DNA of 58,094 nt from a virus. Taxonomy: Duplodnaviria > Caudoviricetes. The stretch lies in IMG/VR virus record IMGVR_UViG_3300030110_001023, positions 1 to 58,094 of that record. One strand, 5' to 3'. Below the pieces are notes generated by a model that had not been told where the DNA came from, searched no databases, and saw only the letters and a program-made list of their open reading frames with translations. Below are positions 37,801-46,668 of this stretch, piece after piece (positions within the stretch are counted from its first letter, which is position 1; each line of letters starts with the position of its first letter). The translations under genes were made by a program, and so were the position numbers.

Positions 37801-40800
37801 AATGAGATTGATGATCGACTGCGTAGAAAGGGAAAGCGCACAGATGTTGTAGATGCCGTGGTTTCTACAGGACCAAGAAACCCACGCACTGAAATAAAAA
37901 ATGATCAAGGCGATGTTGTTGCTGTAGTAGGCCAGATTACTTTTGATGACTGGATTAACAAGACCGAAGGCCAGCTATCTGATGCTGAACTAGCAGAGGC
38001 TAGACAGTGGTATCCTGACGCAGCCAAGGCATATCAAAAATACTTTGGCGCAGACTGGCCTAATTATCTGGCAGCTTGGTTGATGGCTAATCAACAAGCC
38101 TCACCATCAACAGCAGCTATGAATGCAGTTCGTGCTAGAGAGCAAGCTCTTTCTGGTGTTGAGGTGGAGGTCGAGGCAGGGTTAGCTGCTGAAAAATTAT
38201 TTGGTTTTTGGAACGCAATGGAAAGAGATGGCGAGCTTCCATTGGGAGGGGCGCAAAAACTTTATGACTTTATTGATAGTGGATTACTGCGTGAGACACG
38301 CTCTTGGATGGGCGATGACGTGCGGGGTGGCGCACCTGCCGTTGCTGATGTTCACTCTTTACGAGATACGGGCTTTGTTGATCCAACGTATCAAGAGTTT
38401 TTAAAAGATAATTACAACCTGAATATTGATAGTGACACGTCAGGATCACCAAACGAAAATCAATATGAGCGGTCTGCTGACTTTATGAGATCGCTTACTA
38501 ATTATCTTAATGACATAAAATACAAAGGCGGTGGGTGGACCCCGTACCAAGTGCAGTCTGTCGGTTGGATGGCAACGACCAAGTTTCTGGGTCGTCCCGG
38601 TCAAACAGCAGAAGACTCAATTTTATTTAATATTAGAAATCTTCCGTTTGAATTGGCATTTGGTGAAGGGTCTCCATTGGCAGCGTCACTGCCTGAGTAT
38701 TCTTCTCTACCCGCTATTGGTCAAAAAGAAGTTACGCAGATAGCTGCTGATGCAGCATCTGATTTTGCAAGAGATGTAACGGGCGTTGCAGAAATAAATC
38801 GTGTCCATGCTACTGGTGGTTGGATGGACGACACGATAAATCCAAATATGACGGAGCAACTTGTAGCTTCTCCAGAGGCTACACAAGACATGGCCAGCGT
38901 TCTTGGTTTCTTGTTAGAGCAAGAAAGGATGCTCTCTTATCGGGTGCTGCCTAAGAAAACAACAAAGTCTAAAGTTGCTTTAAAAATACGACCCACAGAT
39001 GTGTCAAAAGATTTGTTGAACAATGACACAAACATGGCCATACTGTGGGATAAGTTGCGTAAGGCTGACCTAGCCAGAAGTAAAAAGGCATCCACTAAAC
39101 TAGCTAAGGACCGGAAAGCACAGCCTGAAGAAGACATATCTCTTGATGAGGTTGATGCTCTTATTCAAGGGTACACCTCGACTGTAGATGAGAACGGTAA
39201 TGCAGCAATGCTTATACTTCTCGACAGTAGGGGTAAGACTTTGGAGTCACGCTTTGAGCCTGATGGAGATGTGTCACAGGCATTGGCTAGAATATCGGAT
39301 GAGATTGGTATCAACTTAGAATTTGAAGCGGCTTACTACGAGAGTGAACTTACAGAAAACGACTGGACGGAGGATCAGACAGGTGACGGTTACTTACAAA
39401 GGATTCATCAAAGATACGGACCCGCTGTTGCAGAAAGGGTCAAGGATTTTAAGCGGAGCGAACTTGAACCGCTACTCAAAGACTCCATTACCAGCGCGAA
39501 ACTCAAGTATGGAAGCGGGCAAAAGTTCTCAAGGAAAAGTCCAACCGCCACGCAAGAAGACCTAGATACATTCTTTGAAAGCATGGGAGAGGAGGGCGCT
39601 CTCCTAGAATACCCTGAAATAGGTGAGAACCTAGATCAATGGATTATGAATGTGGACAGGGGTGCGTTAACAAATGCGCTAAACTCTCCTGAGTATGATG
39701 AATATCAATCTGTTTTATCTGCAAATTTGGAACGAGCCTTTCCTTCTGGACAGATACCAGTATCTCGCACAGAAAATTATGCAGTAACAACTGCTACTGA
39801 CAGACAAACAACAAATTTCCTCGTATCTACAGATGACGTAAAGTTTGCGGGAAATGTAGATGAGAACGAACTTATTGTTCAGTTGCCACCCAGCTTTGGT
39901 TATGGCACTGCCCCCATCTCTGTAAGAGTAAGGCCAGAGCAAGAGAATAGGGTAGACGGCTTACCTGCCACCTATAAAATTCCCAACGTAGGTTCAGTAC
40001 CTACGGAACCCTTTGGCCCAGCTAGGCAAGCTGCTCGTGATTATGGCCAATCAGTAGGCCGAAACATTCCTGACCTTGCGGGTAATTACACATACGAATC
40101 TGTAGACTTCGAGCGAGCAAGTCGTACAGGAAATGCTTATGATGAATTACTAAGCTCACCAGAAGATGAGTTTACTGAAGCAGCATACGATGCTCTCGCC
40201 GAAGAAGTTCTCACTCAGTACGACTTCATAAAAGATACAGGATTGGAAATTGAGTTCTCCCCTGATGACATCGACCCATACCCCAATTCTGCACAGGAGA
40301 TGGTTGAAGACGTAAAGAACAATAATCACATGTACGTTAGTTCGATTGATCAAAGGTATGGTGAAGGGGAAATAGTATCAGAAGATGTGCAGAATAATCC
40401 CATGCTTCGTCTTACTGACGAGTACATATCAGGTCGTCAGGCTAGGGTAGATGACATTCTTCGGTTGGTTCATAATTACTTTGGGCACGTCAAAGAAGGT
40501 TTTAATTTTACAGACTCTGGTAAAGATGCAGCATATGCTAGTCACGCTGTTATGTTTAGCCCCCTTGCTCGCGTTGCTTTAGCAACTGAAACTCGCGGTC
40601 AAAATTCATCAGCAACCTTGAGCAGAAGTAAGAGAGGTCTTTCAGAAGAAACTTCTGTAGTTGTACCACCAAAAATTGGCATTCTTCCTGACTTTGTTAT
40701 TAATGAAGGTATAGAAAATCTTGTTGAGCCTGTTGATGTTCAGGAGCTTCGAGATGAGACAACCTTTAATGTTCAGGGGTCATTTGTCCCTGATCAAAAG

Positions 40801-43800
40801 TTTTCTCGTAAGTACCCACAAGACCCAGCCGATGTTGCTGCAAACAGGTTTGTAAAAAGAGCAAGGGCCGATGGAACTCGAAGCGATAACTGGGGTAAGA
40901 TACCTTTTGCTGGGAAACTTTTGCCAGTACGCGCTGCTTTCGGCAGGAACTACACAACTGGCGGTTATGGTTTAAGACATGCCAGCCTCCATGACGAAGA
41001 CTACCAAGGTGTAGAAGATTTACCTTTTACCAGTTCTGCTAGCGCAATAGGTTCTGCCCTTGATGCATTTACACAAGCGCGGATATCTGGTGTTGACAAG
41101 TCAAGATTTAAATTCAAACAAAATAACAAACGTGATTCACTGGAAATGCGCTGGAGGCCAACAGGATCAAGCACTGATGTTGTTGTGGTATTTGATAGAC
41201 AGATAGACGATAAGTCAGGACAAGAATTTTTAGGCATTACTACATCTTATCCTGACAGCGAGGTTATCCGCGACAAATATAACAGAGAAGAAGTAGAGAA
41301 GCTGAGGAAAGGTGGTGTCCTTGGTCCTAATTTTGCAGCCACTTCACCAACCGCACAGGAAACTGTCTTAACATTTAAGACAAAGAAGCCCACTGATCGA
41401 CCAACGCTCAAGCTCAAGGGTAAAGCAAAACAAAAGTTTTCTCGTGGCAGAGGTGTCAATGATTTATCTCCTGAGTTACAAGAAACTGTCAGACGAACAC
41501 AGGCAATAAATGAGCAAGAGACGGCAGGACAGGCATGGCTCGGTGCCTTGTTTGGTGATTACAAAAACAGCGTTTTGTTTAGTAACAACTGGCAAAGGAT
41601 AAGATCCAAATTTCGTGAATCATGGATAGAAAAGTATGACGTTCTATCTGTTCTTGCAGACAAGGAACAGCGTGAAGTAACGGGAACTTTGGGTGCAGAA
41701 GCAAACGCATACTCTGCTGTGCTTATGGCTGATCAACATGCTCAGATGACGAAGCTTGCGTGGTATGACGGGGTTCCAATTTACGATAAAAAAGAGGGCT
41801 ATACCAGAGTTACCAACACCGTAGATGGTCAACCTATTCGAGGCCTTGCAAAAATACTTGAGCCTCTGCTTGCTGAAGGCAAGACATCTTTATTTGGTAC
41901 ATATGCACAAGCCAGAAGAGCAGAGAGACTTAACGCAGAGCAACGAGACTCTGGGATGACGCAAAGTGACATCGACAACGGCTTATTGCTTGGTGAAATG
42001 AACCCAGAGTTTGCTGCAATCTTTGATGAGTATCAGGTGTGGAACAGTTACCTTGTAAAATACATGGTTGATACGGGTCTTATTACAGCAGAGATGGGTA
42101 AGGTATGGATATCTACCGCTGACTATACGCCATACTATAGGCAAGAACAGGAAGCTGCTGGTGCAGCGCAAGACATGACTTTCTTCTATCCTGATCCTAC
42201 CCTTGGCCCAATTGGACAAGGTGCAGCGGCGTTACAAGGTAATCCCAGAGAAAGAATACCTCTTGATGGAAAGCGACCACCCCCAAAACTTGTCGGCGCT
42301 GGCCGTGCATTTCAACTTGAGATTGATGGGGTAAACCAGCCAGAAGAATATGACTCTTACAACAAGGTAAAGGCTGTTGCCAAAGCTATTGAACGGTCAA
42401 GTCCTGACGCAGAAATAAAAATATATTCAGCGCCTCGCAGGGTAGATGACTTCCTTGACAATGTCGCAAGGAACACTGCTACCGCCATCCAAGGCGGTAT
42501 GAAAAACATTGCGGCACAAAGAGTCATAAGGGCATCACGGTCTCTTGGTTTAGCAAATGAGGTTAATCCTGATCCGTCAGGAGCAAAGCCCCTCAATACA
42601 GTTCAGATAAGAGTGGACGGTGTCGATAGATACTTTGAGATTGTAGATAACGATCTCTACACAAGCATGACTATTTTATCTCAGAACAAAGATATTGCTC
42701 TGGACAATCTTTTTGTTGGTGTCGCATCTACTCCAGCAAGAGTGTTACGAGAGTTAGTCACCAGAGACCCCGGCTTTATGCTGCGAAACATGATGCGAGA
42801 TACCCTTAGTGCGTGGGTAACATCAGGGGTAAATTATGTTCCCATCATAGACAGCGCACGGGGTGTGGTAGATGTTTTAAGAGGCGACGCTTCAAGCGAG
42901 GCGTTACGACGTGCAGGAATCTTTGGCGGGTTTGATTTTGCTGGCACACCTAAAGATATGGCGAAGTATATTGAGAGCAAAACAAAAACAAAATATCCGT
43001 CTGGTGTATTTGAAAAAGCAACCAGTCCTTTCAAGATACTATGGGATGCAACGACTGTCGCAACGAATGCATCCGAAGCAGCAACTCGTGTGGCTGTATA
43101 CAAGAGAGTGTTAGAGAAAACAGGGAACGAAGCACAAGCTATTTTTGAGGCGCTTGAGGTTTTAAACTTTAACAGACGTGGAGCCAACCCTGTTATTCAA
43201 GTAATTACAGCAATTACGCCGTTCTTAAATGCTCGTATTCAGGGCTTAGATGTGCTGTATCGTGCTGGTATAAACAAACGTACAGCTAATCCCAATGCTA
43301 CCCGAAGGGCGTTTGCAGCTAAGGCTTCCCTTATTGCTGGATTGACGGCTTTGTATACCACACTTATGCGAGATCAAGATTGCTATAAGAATGCTACGCC
43401 AGAAGCTAGAGACTTAAATTGGTTTATACCCACACCATTTGACGACACTTGTTTTAAAATACCTACACCGTTTGAGGTTGGTTTCCTGTTTAAAACTATT
43501 CCTGAGAGAATTATGCAATGGTCGTTTGGTTCTGATGTTGGGCGTGATGTTTTCGAGTCCTTTAAAAGGAACGCAACATCTACCTTTGCTGTCACTCCCC
43601 CACAAATATTTACACCTACATTAGAACTTATGGTGAACCACTCGTTCTTTACGGGTAGAGAAGTTGTGCCGTATTACTTGCAGAACTTAGACCCTGATTA
43701 TCGAAAGTATCAGACGACAAGCAGCTTTGCTATTAAGCTGGGCAGAGAGTTAAACATAGCACCGATAAAGATAGATCACTTTATCAAAGGATACTCAGGC

Positions 43801-44250
43801 ACACTGGGAAGTTACGCTCTTGATTTGGGAAGTAGTGCTATTGATGCTTTCGAGCCAACGGATCAACCACTTCCTCCTGACAGGTCATGGTATAACCTGC
43901 CAATGGTGAGGAGTTTCTTCCAAGACCCGAATAGTCGCGGCACCGTTATACAGTTTTATGAGTTAGACCAGCTAGTTAAACAGGCAACGAACACATTCAA
44001 GGCGGCAGAGCGCGAAGGTGATGTGCAAAAGATAGAAGAGATTGTTGAAGATCGTGCGTCTCTCTTGGCTCTCGAAGATGAGTTAAAGAATATTAGAAAC
44101 AGCCTCAACGAAATACGAGAAACAAAGAATCAAATCTTACGGGCACCTCTTGATCCCGCACAAAAGCAAGAACTGTTAGAGGCAGTAAGGCTGCAAGAGC
44201 TTGCCATCACTTCAGCTATTCCACAGTTGCGTCAGATAGGCTTGCAATGA
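34831..44250 (+). CDS. giant polyvalent virion/ejection protein (3139 aa) with LPD38-like C-terminus
   Basis: Glycine-zipper N-terminus, HEFIH zincin motif, internal enzyme-like cassettes; C-terminal F..RN..RD, F.R.G, PFLNA.IQG, KIP.PFE.G. Confidence 0.8.
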   Translation: MGEIIDIPNIGPIEFPDGMSRDEILNIIDNELLPGLQQQEPQAPPEYDYAARDEMGFFERFGEQVGSSASILRGLGSQFVEATGEATGIEALEEFGEEGREAFEQRQKEKEVPTIQFTDIRNLSDVGSWITDTAGEQVLLSAPSIAGSLALGKAGAAIGTVFAPGVGTVIGGTIGATLGAFIPSLVLGVGEVQGSIKEKDETVEAPGAAFLGGSAIAALDSVLPGKIGGQIVKRFGADVAEDVAQRALLKPIKREYIKAAGKGIATEGITEALQEAIAEVTAVQATGQEVDGSQLAEIMINAGAAGALMGGTLRTGAERFKKTRTQEEIDQAKAEVDKRQEQRDEEIKGIITPDPDAPLQITYEEASFTTDTPEQVVDTIIDESVSQGADTGLGQDIGEGAPIGPFTVRPMPGGGFTVVNGAGEVRTPIFGTLDQAQEAADLLAERVPEAIEVAEIEFTEAAAQRALEDNKIKETEATLEAAKETITPLGFLSREDVGSKIASQIDRKRTLAVSLRPGETVQNDGQYTIEEVAETGASNEVLSNIISNKRPVTQDPDLNVSVRDIEDLSSTKNIRFGDDAFKTFSLRTTGKSMPQNMSQVQRNVLFESIDALPEFENETSIPVIKYPHFTSKQIQDVAKAIRETGKVSDKLIMETLEAPNIRGTRRKEISNEVRRELVRRGVLQRDGSVKKRSVVKPSFERSPAPNVKKQELLQRLEPLASAINERFQQRVKAFPELKDVRLKFNNVIDDIATGEIQQDAEGDFVTKQEQGQFFKAIRLAVNVVTDPSKSDQENIAALAEVLDHEFIHAAYEAGVVTDQEQASLESFVKKAKRPGTDGKTYYDDRVDALDPNTSEELLVEEAVAEAFRDYAAGRRVFPPKTRSIFRKIAEFFGLLKQAAADADIVTGNEIFQRLDAGVSPSSPKRQRSEATATTAPMANLKPADRAKVESGERLPDFVEPPEKTKQKLSRKRARKVPAPVGENPFPTPPQNEIDDRLRRKGKRTDVVDAVVSTGPRNPRTEIKNDQGDVVAVVGQITFDDWINKTEGQLSDAELAEARQWYPDAAKAYQKYFGADWPNYLAAWLMANQQASPSTAAMNAVRAREQALSGVEVEVEAGLAAEKLFGFWNAMERDGELPLGGAQKLYDFIDSGLLRETRSWMGDDVRGGAPAVADVHSLRDTGFVDPTYQEFLKDNYNLNIDSDTSGSPNENQYERSADFMRSLTNYLNDIKYKGGGWTPYQVQSVGWMATTKFLGRPGQTAEDSILFNIRNLPFELAFGEGSPLAASLPEYSSLPAIGQKEVTQIAADAASDFARDVTGVAEINRVHATGGWMDDTINPNMTEQLVASPEATQDMASVLGFLLEQERMLSYRVLPKKTTKSKVALKIRPTDVSKDLLNNDTNMAILWDKLRKADLARSKKASTKLAKDRKAQPEEDISLDEVDALIQGYTSTVDENGNAAMLILLDSRGKTLESRFEPDGDVSQALARISDEIGINLEFEAAYYESELTENDWTEDQTGDGYLQRIHQRYGPAVAERVKDFKRSELEPLLKDSITSAKLKYGSGQKFSRKSPTATQEDLDTFFESMGEEGALLEYPEIGENLDQWIMNVDRGALTNALNSPEYDEYQSVLSANLERAFPSGQIPVSRTENYAVTTATDRQTTNFLVSTDDVKFAGNVDENELIVQLPPSFGYGTAPISVRVRPEQENRVDGLPATYKIPNVGSVPTEPFGPARQAARDYGQSVGRNIPDLAGNYTYESVDFERASRTGNAYDELLSSPEDEFTEAAYDALAEEVLTQYDFIKDTGLEIEFSPDDIDPYPNSAQEMVEDVKNNNHMYVSSIDQRYGEGEIVSEDVQNNPMLRLTDEYISGRQARVDDILRLVHNYFGHVKEGFNFTDSGKDAAYASHAVMFSPLARVALATETRGQNSSATLSRSKRGLSEETSVVVPPKIGILPDFVINEGIENLVEPVDVQELRDETTFNVQGSFVPDQKFSRKYPQDPADVAANRFVKRARADGTRSDNWGKIPFAGKLLPVRAAFGRNYTTGGYGLRHASLHDEDYQGVEDLPFTSSASAIGSALDAFTQARISGVDKSRFKFKQNNKRDSLEMRWRPTGSSTDVVVVFDRQIDDKSGQEFLGITTSYPDSEVIRDKYNREEVEKLRKGGVLGPNFAATSPTAQETVLTFKTKKPTDRPTLKLKGKAKQKFSRGRGVNDLSPELQETVRRTQAINEQETAGQAWLGALFGDYKNSVLFSNNWQRIRSKFRESWIEKYDVLSVLADKEQREVTGTLGAEANAYSAVLMADQHAQMTKLAWYDGVPIYDKKEGYTRVTNTVDGQPIRGLAKILEPLLAEGKTSLFGTYAQARRAERLNAEQRDSGMTQSDIDNGLLLGEMNPEFAAIFDEYQVWNSYLVKYMVDTGLITAEMGKVWISTADYTPYYRQEQEAAGAAQDMTFFYPDPTLGPIGQGAAALQGNPRERIPLDGKRPPPKLVGAGRAFQLEIDGVNQPEEYDSYNKVKAVAKAIERSSPDAEIKIYSAPRRVDDFLDNVARNTATAIQGGMKNIAAQRVIRASRSLGLANEVNPDPSGAKPLNTVQIRVDGVDRYFEIVDNDLYTSMTILSQNKDIALDNLFVGVASTPARVLRELVTRDPGFMLRNMMRDTLSAWVTSGVNYVPIIDSARGVVDVLRGDASSEALRRAGIFGGFDFAGTPKDMAKYIESKTKTKYPSGVFEKATSPFKILWDATTVATNASEAATRVAVYKRVLEKTGNEAQAIFEALEVLNFNRRGANPVIQVITAITPFLNARIQGLDVLYRAGINKRTANPNATRRAFAAKASLIAGLTALYTTLMRDQDCYKNATPEARDLNWFIPTPFDDTCFKIPTPFEVGFLFKTIPERIMQWSFGSDVGRDVFESFKRNATSTFAVTPPQIFTPTLELMVNHSFFTGREVVPYYLQNLDPDYRKYQTTSSFAIKLGRELNIAPIKIDHFIKGYSGTLGSYALDLGSSAIDAFEPTDQPLPPDRSWYNLPMVRSFFQDPNSRGTVIQFYELDQLVKQATNTFKAAEREGDVQKIEEIVEDRASLLALEDELKNIRNSLNEIRETKNQILRAPLDPAQKQELLEAVRLQELAITSAIPQLRQIGLQ

Positions 44251-44960
44251 GTGCGTATTCTTTTGCACAGATGGTCAAGAAGCCGTTTCGTCGGGCGTGT
44301 ATCTGGGGCGACAAGAAGTTCTTTGATCCCTCTGTGACTCCATTGTCGCAGCAGCTTGAGGAAAGTTATCCCACCATATTGTCAGAGACACAAAGCATGA
44401 TGCAAAGGTACGATGACTTTGCACCCTTCCAAGATATATCACCTGATCAAACATACATAAGCAACGATGACAGGTGGCGCATGTTCTTCCTGAAGGGAGC
44501 GGGTGTAACCTTCAAGCGTAACGCTGCTCATTTCCCTACACTCATGAGTGTTCTCAACAAGCACAGAGGTGTGGTCTCTGCTTACCTGTCAGTGCTAGGT
44601 CCACAAAAGATTCTCAACCCGCATGAAGGACCGTGGGCTGGTGTTCTGCGAATGCATATGGGGTTGATTATCCCTGATCCAGACAAGTGCCACATCAATG
44701 TGGAGGGCGACAAGTATCACTGGGACAACGGCAAGGTTGTTTTATTTGATGACACATACAATCACTATGCTGTAAACGAAACGGATCAACTGAGAGTAAT
44801 CCTGTTTATAGATTACATGAGACCCATGCGGTTCCCTTACAATCTATTGAACTGGACTGTCATGAAAATGAGTTGGGCTTTCCCGTACATATGGAGGCCA
44901 CTGTGGCGGCACCGACGCTGGTCACAGAAGTTTTATGCGGAGAAGTTACCAGTAACTTAG
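44247..44960 (+). CDS. aspartyl/asparaginyl beta-hydroxylase family 2OG-Fe(II) dioxygenase (LpxO-like)
   Basis: W..FFL, S.LGP...L.PHEGP..GVLR.H.GL, W..GK..LFDDTY.H.A.N.T...RVILF.D..RP. Confidence 0.88.
   Translation: MSAYSFAQMVKKPFRRACIWGDKKFFDPSVTPLSQQLEESYPTILSETQSMMQRYDDFAPFQDISPDQTYISNDDRWRMFFLKGAGVTFKRNAAHFPTLMSVLNKHRGVVSAYLSVLGPQKILNPHEGPWAGVLRMHMGLIIPDPDKCHINVEGDKYHWDNGKVVLFDDTYNHYAVNETDQLRVILFIDYMRPMRFPYNLLNWTVMKMSWAFPYIWRPLWRHRRWSQKFYAEKLPVT
44943..44958. promoter_or_regulatory. 16-bp palindromic site, copy 5 (AAGTTACCAGTAACTT)
   Basis: Abuts the RBS (AGGAG) of the endolysin gene. Confidence 0.55.
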
Positions 44961-44969
44961 GAGCGTAAT

Positions 44970-45395
44970 GTGGATATTGACAAGTTAATAGTACAGTTGA
45001 AGGTACACGAAGGTGTGCGTAAGTTTGTTTATCTCGACACAGAAGGCATAGAGACCATTGGTGTTGGGCGCAATCTGGTAGACCGTGGTTTGTCAGATGA
45101 TGAGATAGAACTCATGCTGGCAAACGATATTAGAGATTTTCAAGATGAGGTGGAAGCTGCCTTTCCTTGGTGGTCTGATCTTGATGACGTGCGTCAACGG
45201 GTTGTTGTGGACATGGCTTTCAACATGGGACTTGGCTCACTCTCAAAGTTTGTGAACACCTTGGCTCACATTGAAGAGGGTCGGTATGATGAGGCAAGCG
45301 TCGAGATGCTTGACTCTAGGTGGGCTAGGCAGGTTGGAGATAGGGCCAAGGTCTTGAGTGAGATGATGAGAACAGGCGGAGATCATGACTATTAA
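44970..45395 (+). CDS. endolysin, T4-type lysozyme (GH24)
   Basis: HEG....Y.DTEG..TIGVGRN catalytic E/D/T; MAFNMG, EMLDSRWARQVG.RA. Confidence 0.92.
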   Translation: MDIDKLIVQLKVHEGVRKFVYLDTEGIETIGVGRNLVDRGLSDDEIELMLANDIRDFQDEVEAAFPWWSDLDDVRQRVVVDMAFNMGLGSLSKFVNTLAHIEEGRYDEASVEMLDSRWARQVGDRAKVLSEMMRTGGDHDY

Positions 45396-45717
45396 AGGTC
45401 GCAAGGGTCTGGAAAAGGACAGCATCTATGAGGAGTATGATGTGGACGGAGACGGCATTGTCAGTGACGAGGAACTGGCAAAGGTCAAGGCTATTCATGA
45501 AGCTGAATCAGCAGAAGAAAAAGCTGATGCCCAGAGAAGAATGGCTTGGGTATCTATTATTGCCATGCTTGTCTTTAGTGCTTTTCTTTTCCTTCCTATT
45601 TTTCCTGACTCTCGGATTAAAGCTTTGGCTGATTTGTTCGGTCTGTTTTACATTGGCATGGCTGGTGTCGTCGGTGCGTACATGGGCATGACTGCCTACA
45701 TGAGTGCGAAGAGGTGA
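45385..45717 (+). CDS. putative holin (2 TM) with an N-terminal EF-hand-like loop
   Basis: DVDGDGIVSDEE followed by two TM helices; lies between endolysin and spanins. Confidence 0.65.
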   Translation: MTIKGRKGLEKDSIYEEYDVDGDGIVSDEELAKVKAIHEAESAEEKADAQRRMAWVSIIAMLVFSAFLFLPIFPDSRIKALADLFGLFYIGMAGVVGAYMGMTAYMSAKR

Positions 45718-45720
45718 GCC

Positions 45721-46119
45721 GTGATCAAAATTTATTTCACTATATTACTTGTTGGTCTTATCGGTGGAATTGGATACGGCGGTTATTACTATTACAAAGA
45801 TACTCAAAACCGCATTAAAGTTTTGACAGAGAACAACGCAAAGCTTGAGGTTGCTAGGAAAGTACAAGACGAAACCATAAAGACACTGACTGATGATGCT
45901 AAAAAATTTAAGGAACTTAACAGGAAACTTTCCAAAGATATGCAGAGAGCCGAAGCGTATCGCAATAACCTGATAGACAAATTGCGTAAGCATAATCTTA
46001 CACGGCTCAGTCAGAAGAAACCTGAACTAGTAGAGAAGAAGATAAACAATGGCACACAAAAACTTTTTGACCAACTGGAAGGTCTTACTGCTTTGCCCAG
46101 TTCTTCTCCTGCTAAGTAG
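45721..46119 (+). CDS. inner-membrane spanin (Rz-like)
   Basis: N-terminal TM plus coiled coil; overlaps the lipoprotein gene. Confidence 0.7.
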   Translation: MIKIYFTILLVGLIGGIGYGGYYYYKDTQNRIKVLTENNAKLEVARKVQDETIKTLTDDAKKFKELNRKLSKDMQRAEAYRNNLIDKLRKHNLTRLSQKKPELVEKKINNGTQKLFDQLEGLTALPSSSPAK

Positions 46120-46450
46120 TTGCAGCGGTTGGAACCCGCTCAAGCAGATAGAGGTAAAGACAATTCAGGTAGATCGGGTTATTCCTACACAGGAAAGACC
46201 GCGACCCTTAAAGCTAAGTGATATAAAATGGTATGTGGTAACCGATAGAAACTTCAGGGATTTTAAGAAGAGGTATAAAAAAGAAAACGGTGAGTTCTTA
46301 TTCTATGTAATCAGTGTTCGGGATTACGAAACGCTTGCCTTAAATATGGCAGAATTACAGAGGTATATTGGACAGCAAAAAGAAATTATAGTTTATTACG
46401 AGCAAGCAGTCGCACCTAAGCCTGTGTCTCGGAAAGAAGAGATGAAATGA
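46049..46450 (+). CDS. outer-membrane spanin lipoprotein (Rz1-like)
   Basis: Lipobox LLLSSC and a proline-rich segment. Confidence 0.7.
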   Translation: MAHKNFLTNWKVLLLCPVLLLLSSCSGWNPLKQIEVKTIQVDRVIPTQERPRPLKLSDIKWYVVTDRNFRDFKKRYKKENGEFLFYVISVRDYETLALNMAELQRYIGQQKEIIVYYEQAVAPKPVSRKEEMK

Positions 46451-46656
46451 AGACATATGAAGTTGGTGTGTATAACAAGTATATACGAGAACGGGTACGC
46501 AATGGTGATGATGTTGACCCAGCAGAGGCTGCTTGGGAAAACATACACTACTTTGATGTTAAAGCAGAAAACGAAGCAGACGCTAAAAGAAAAATATCGT
46601 TTGAGTATAAACCAGAAAAAGGTTTCGTCATTGACTGCATAAATGTTTACAAATAG
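46447..46656 (+). CDS. small hypothetical protein
   Basis: YEVGVYNK..RE.VR.G...W...HY..V.A....A...Y.P.KGFVI; ATGA overlap with the upstream gene. Confidence 0.6.
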   Translation: MKTYEVGVYNKYIRERVRNGDDVDPAEAAWENIHYFDVKAENEADAKRKISFEYKPEKGFVIDCINVYK

Positions 46657-46668
46657 GAGGGTAAGTTA

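Noticed and set aside
34831-44250. N4-like or crAss-like virion RNA polymerase
   Set aside because: Size is suggestive, but no single-subunit RNAP or DxDxD double-psi-barrel motifs were recognised; polyvalent/LPD38-like motifs fit better.
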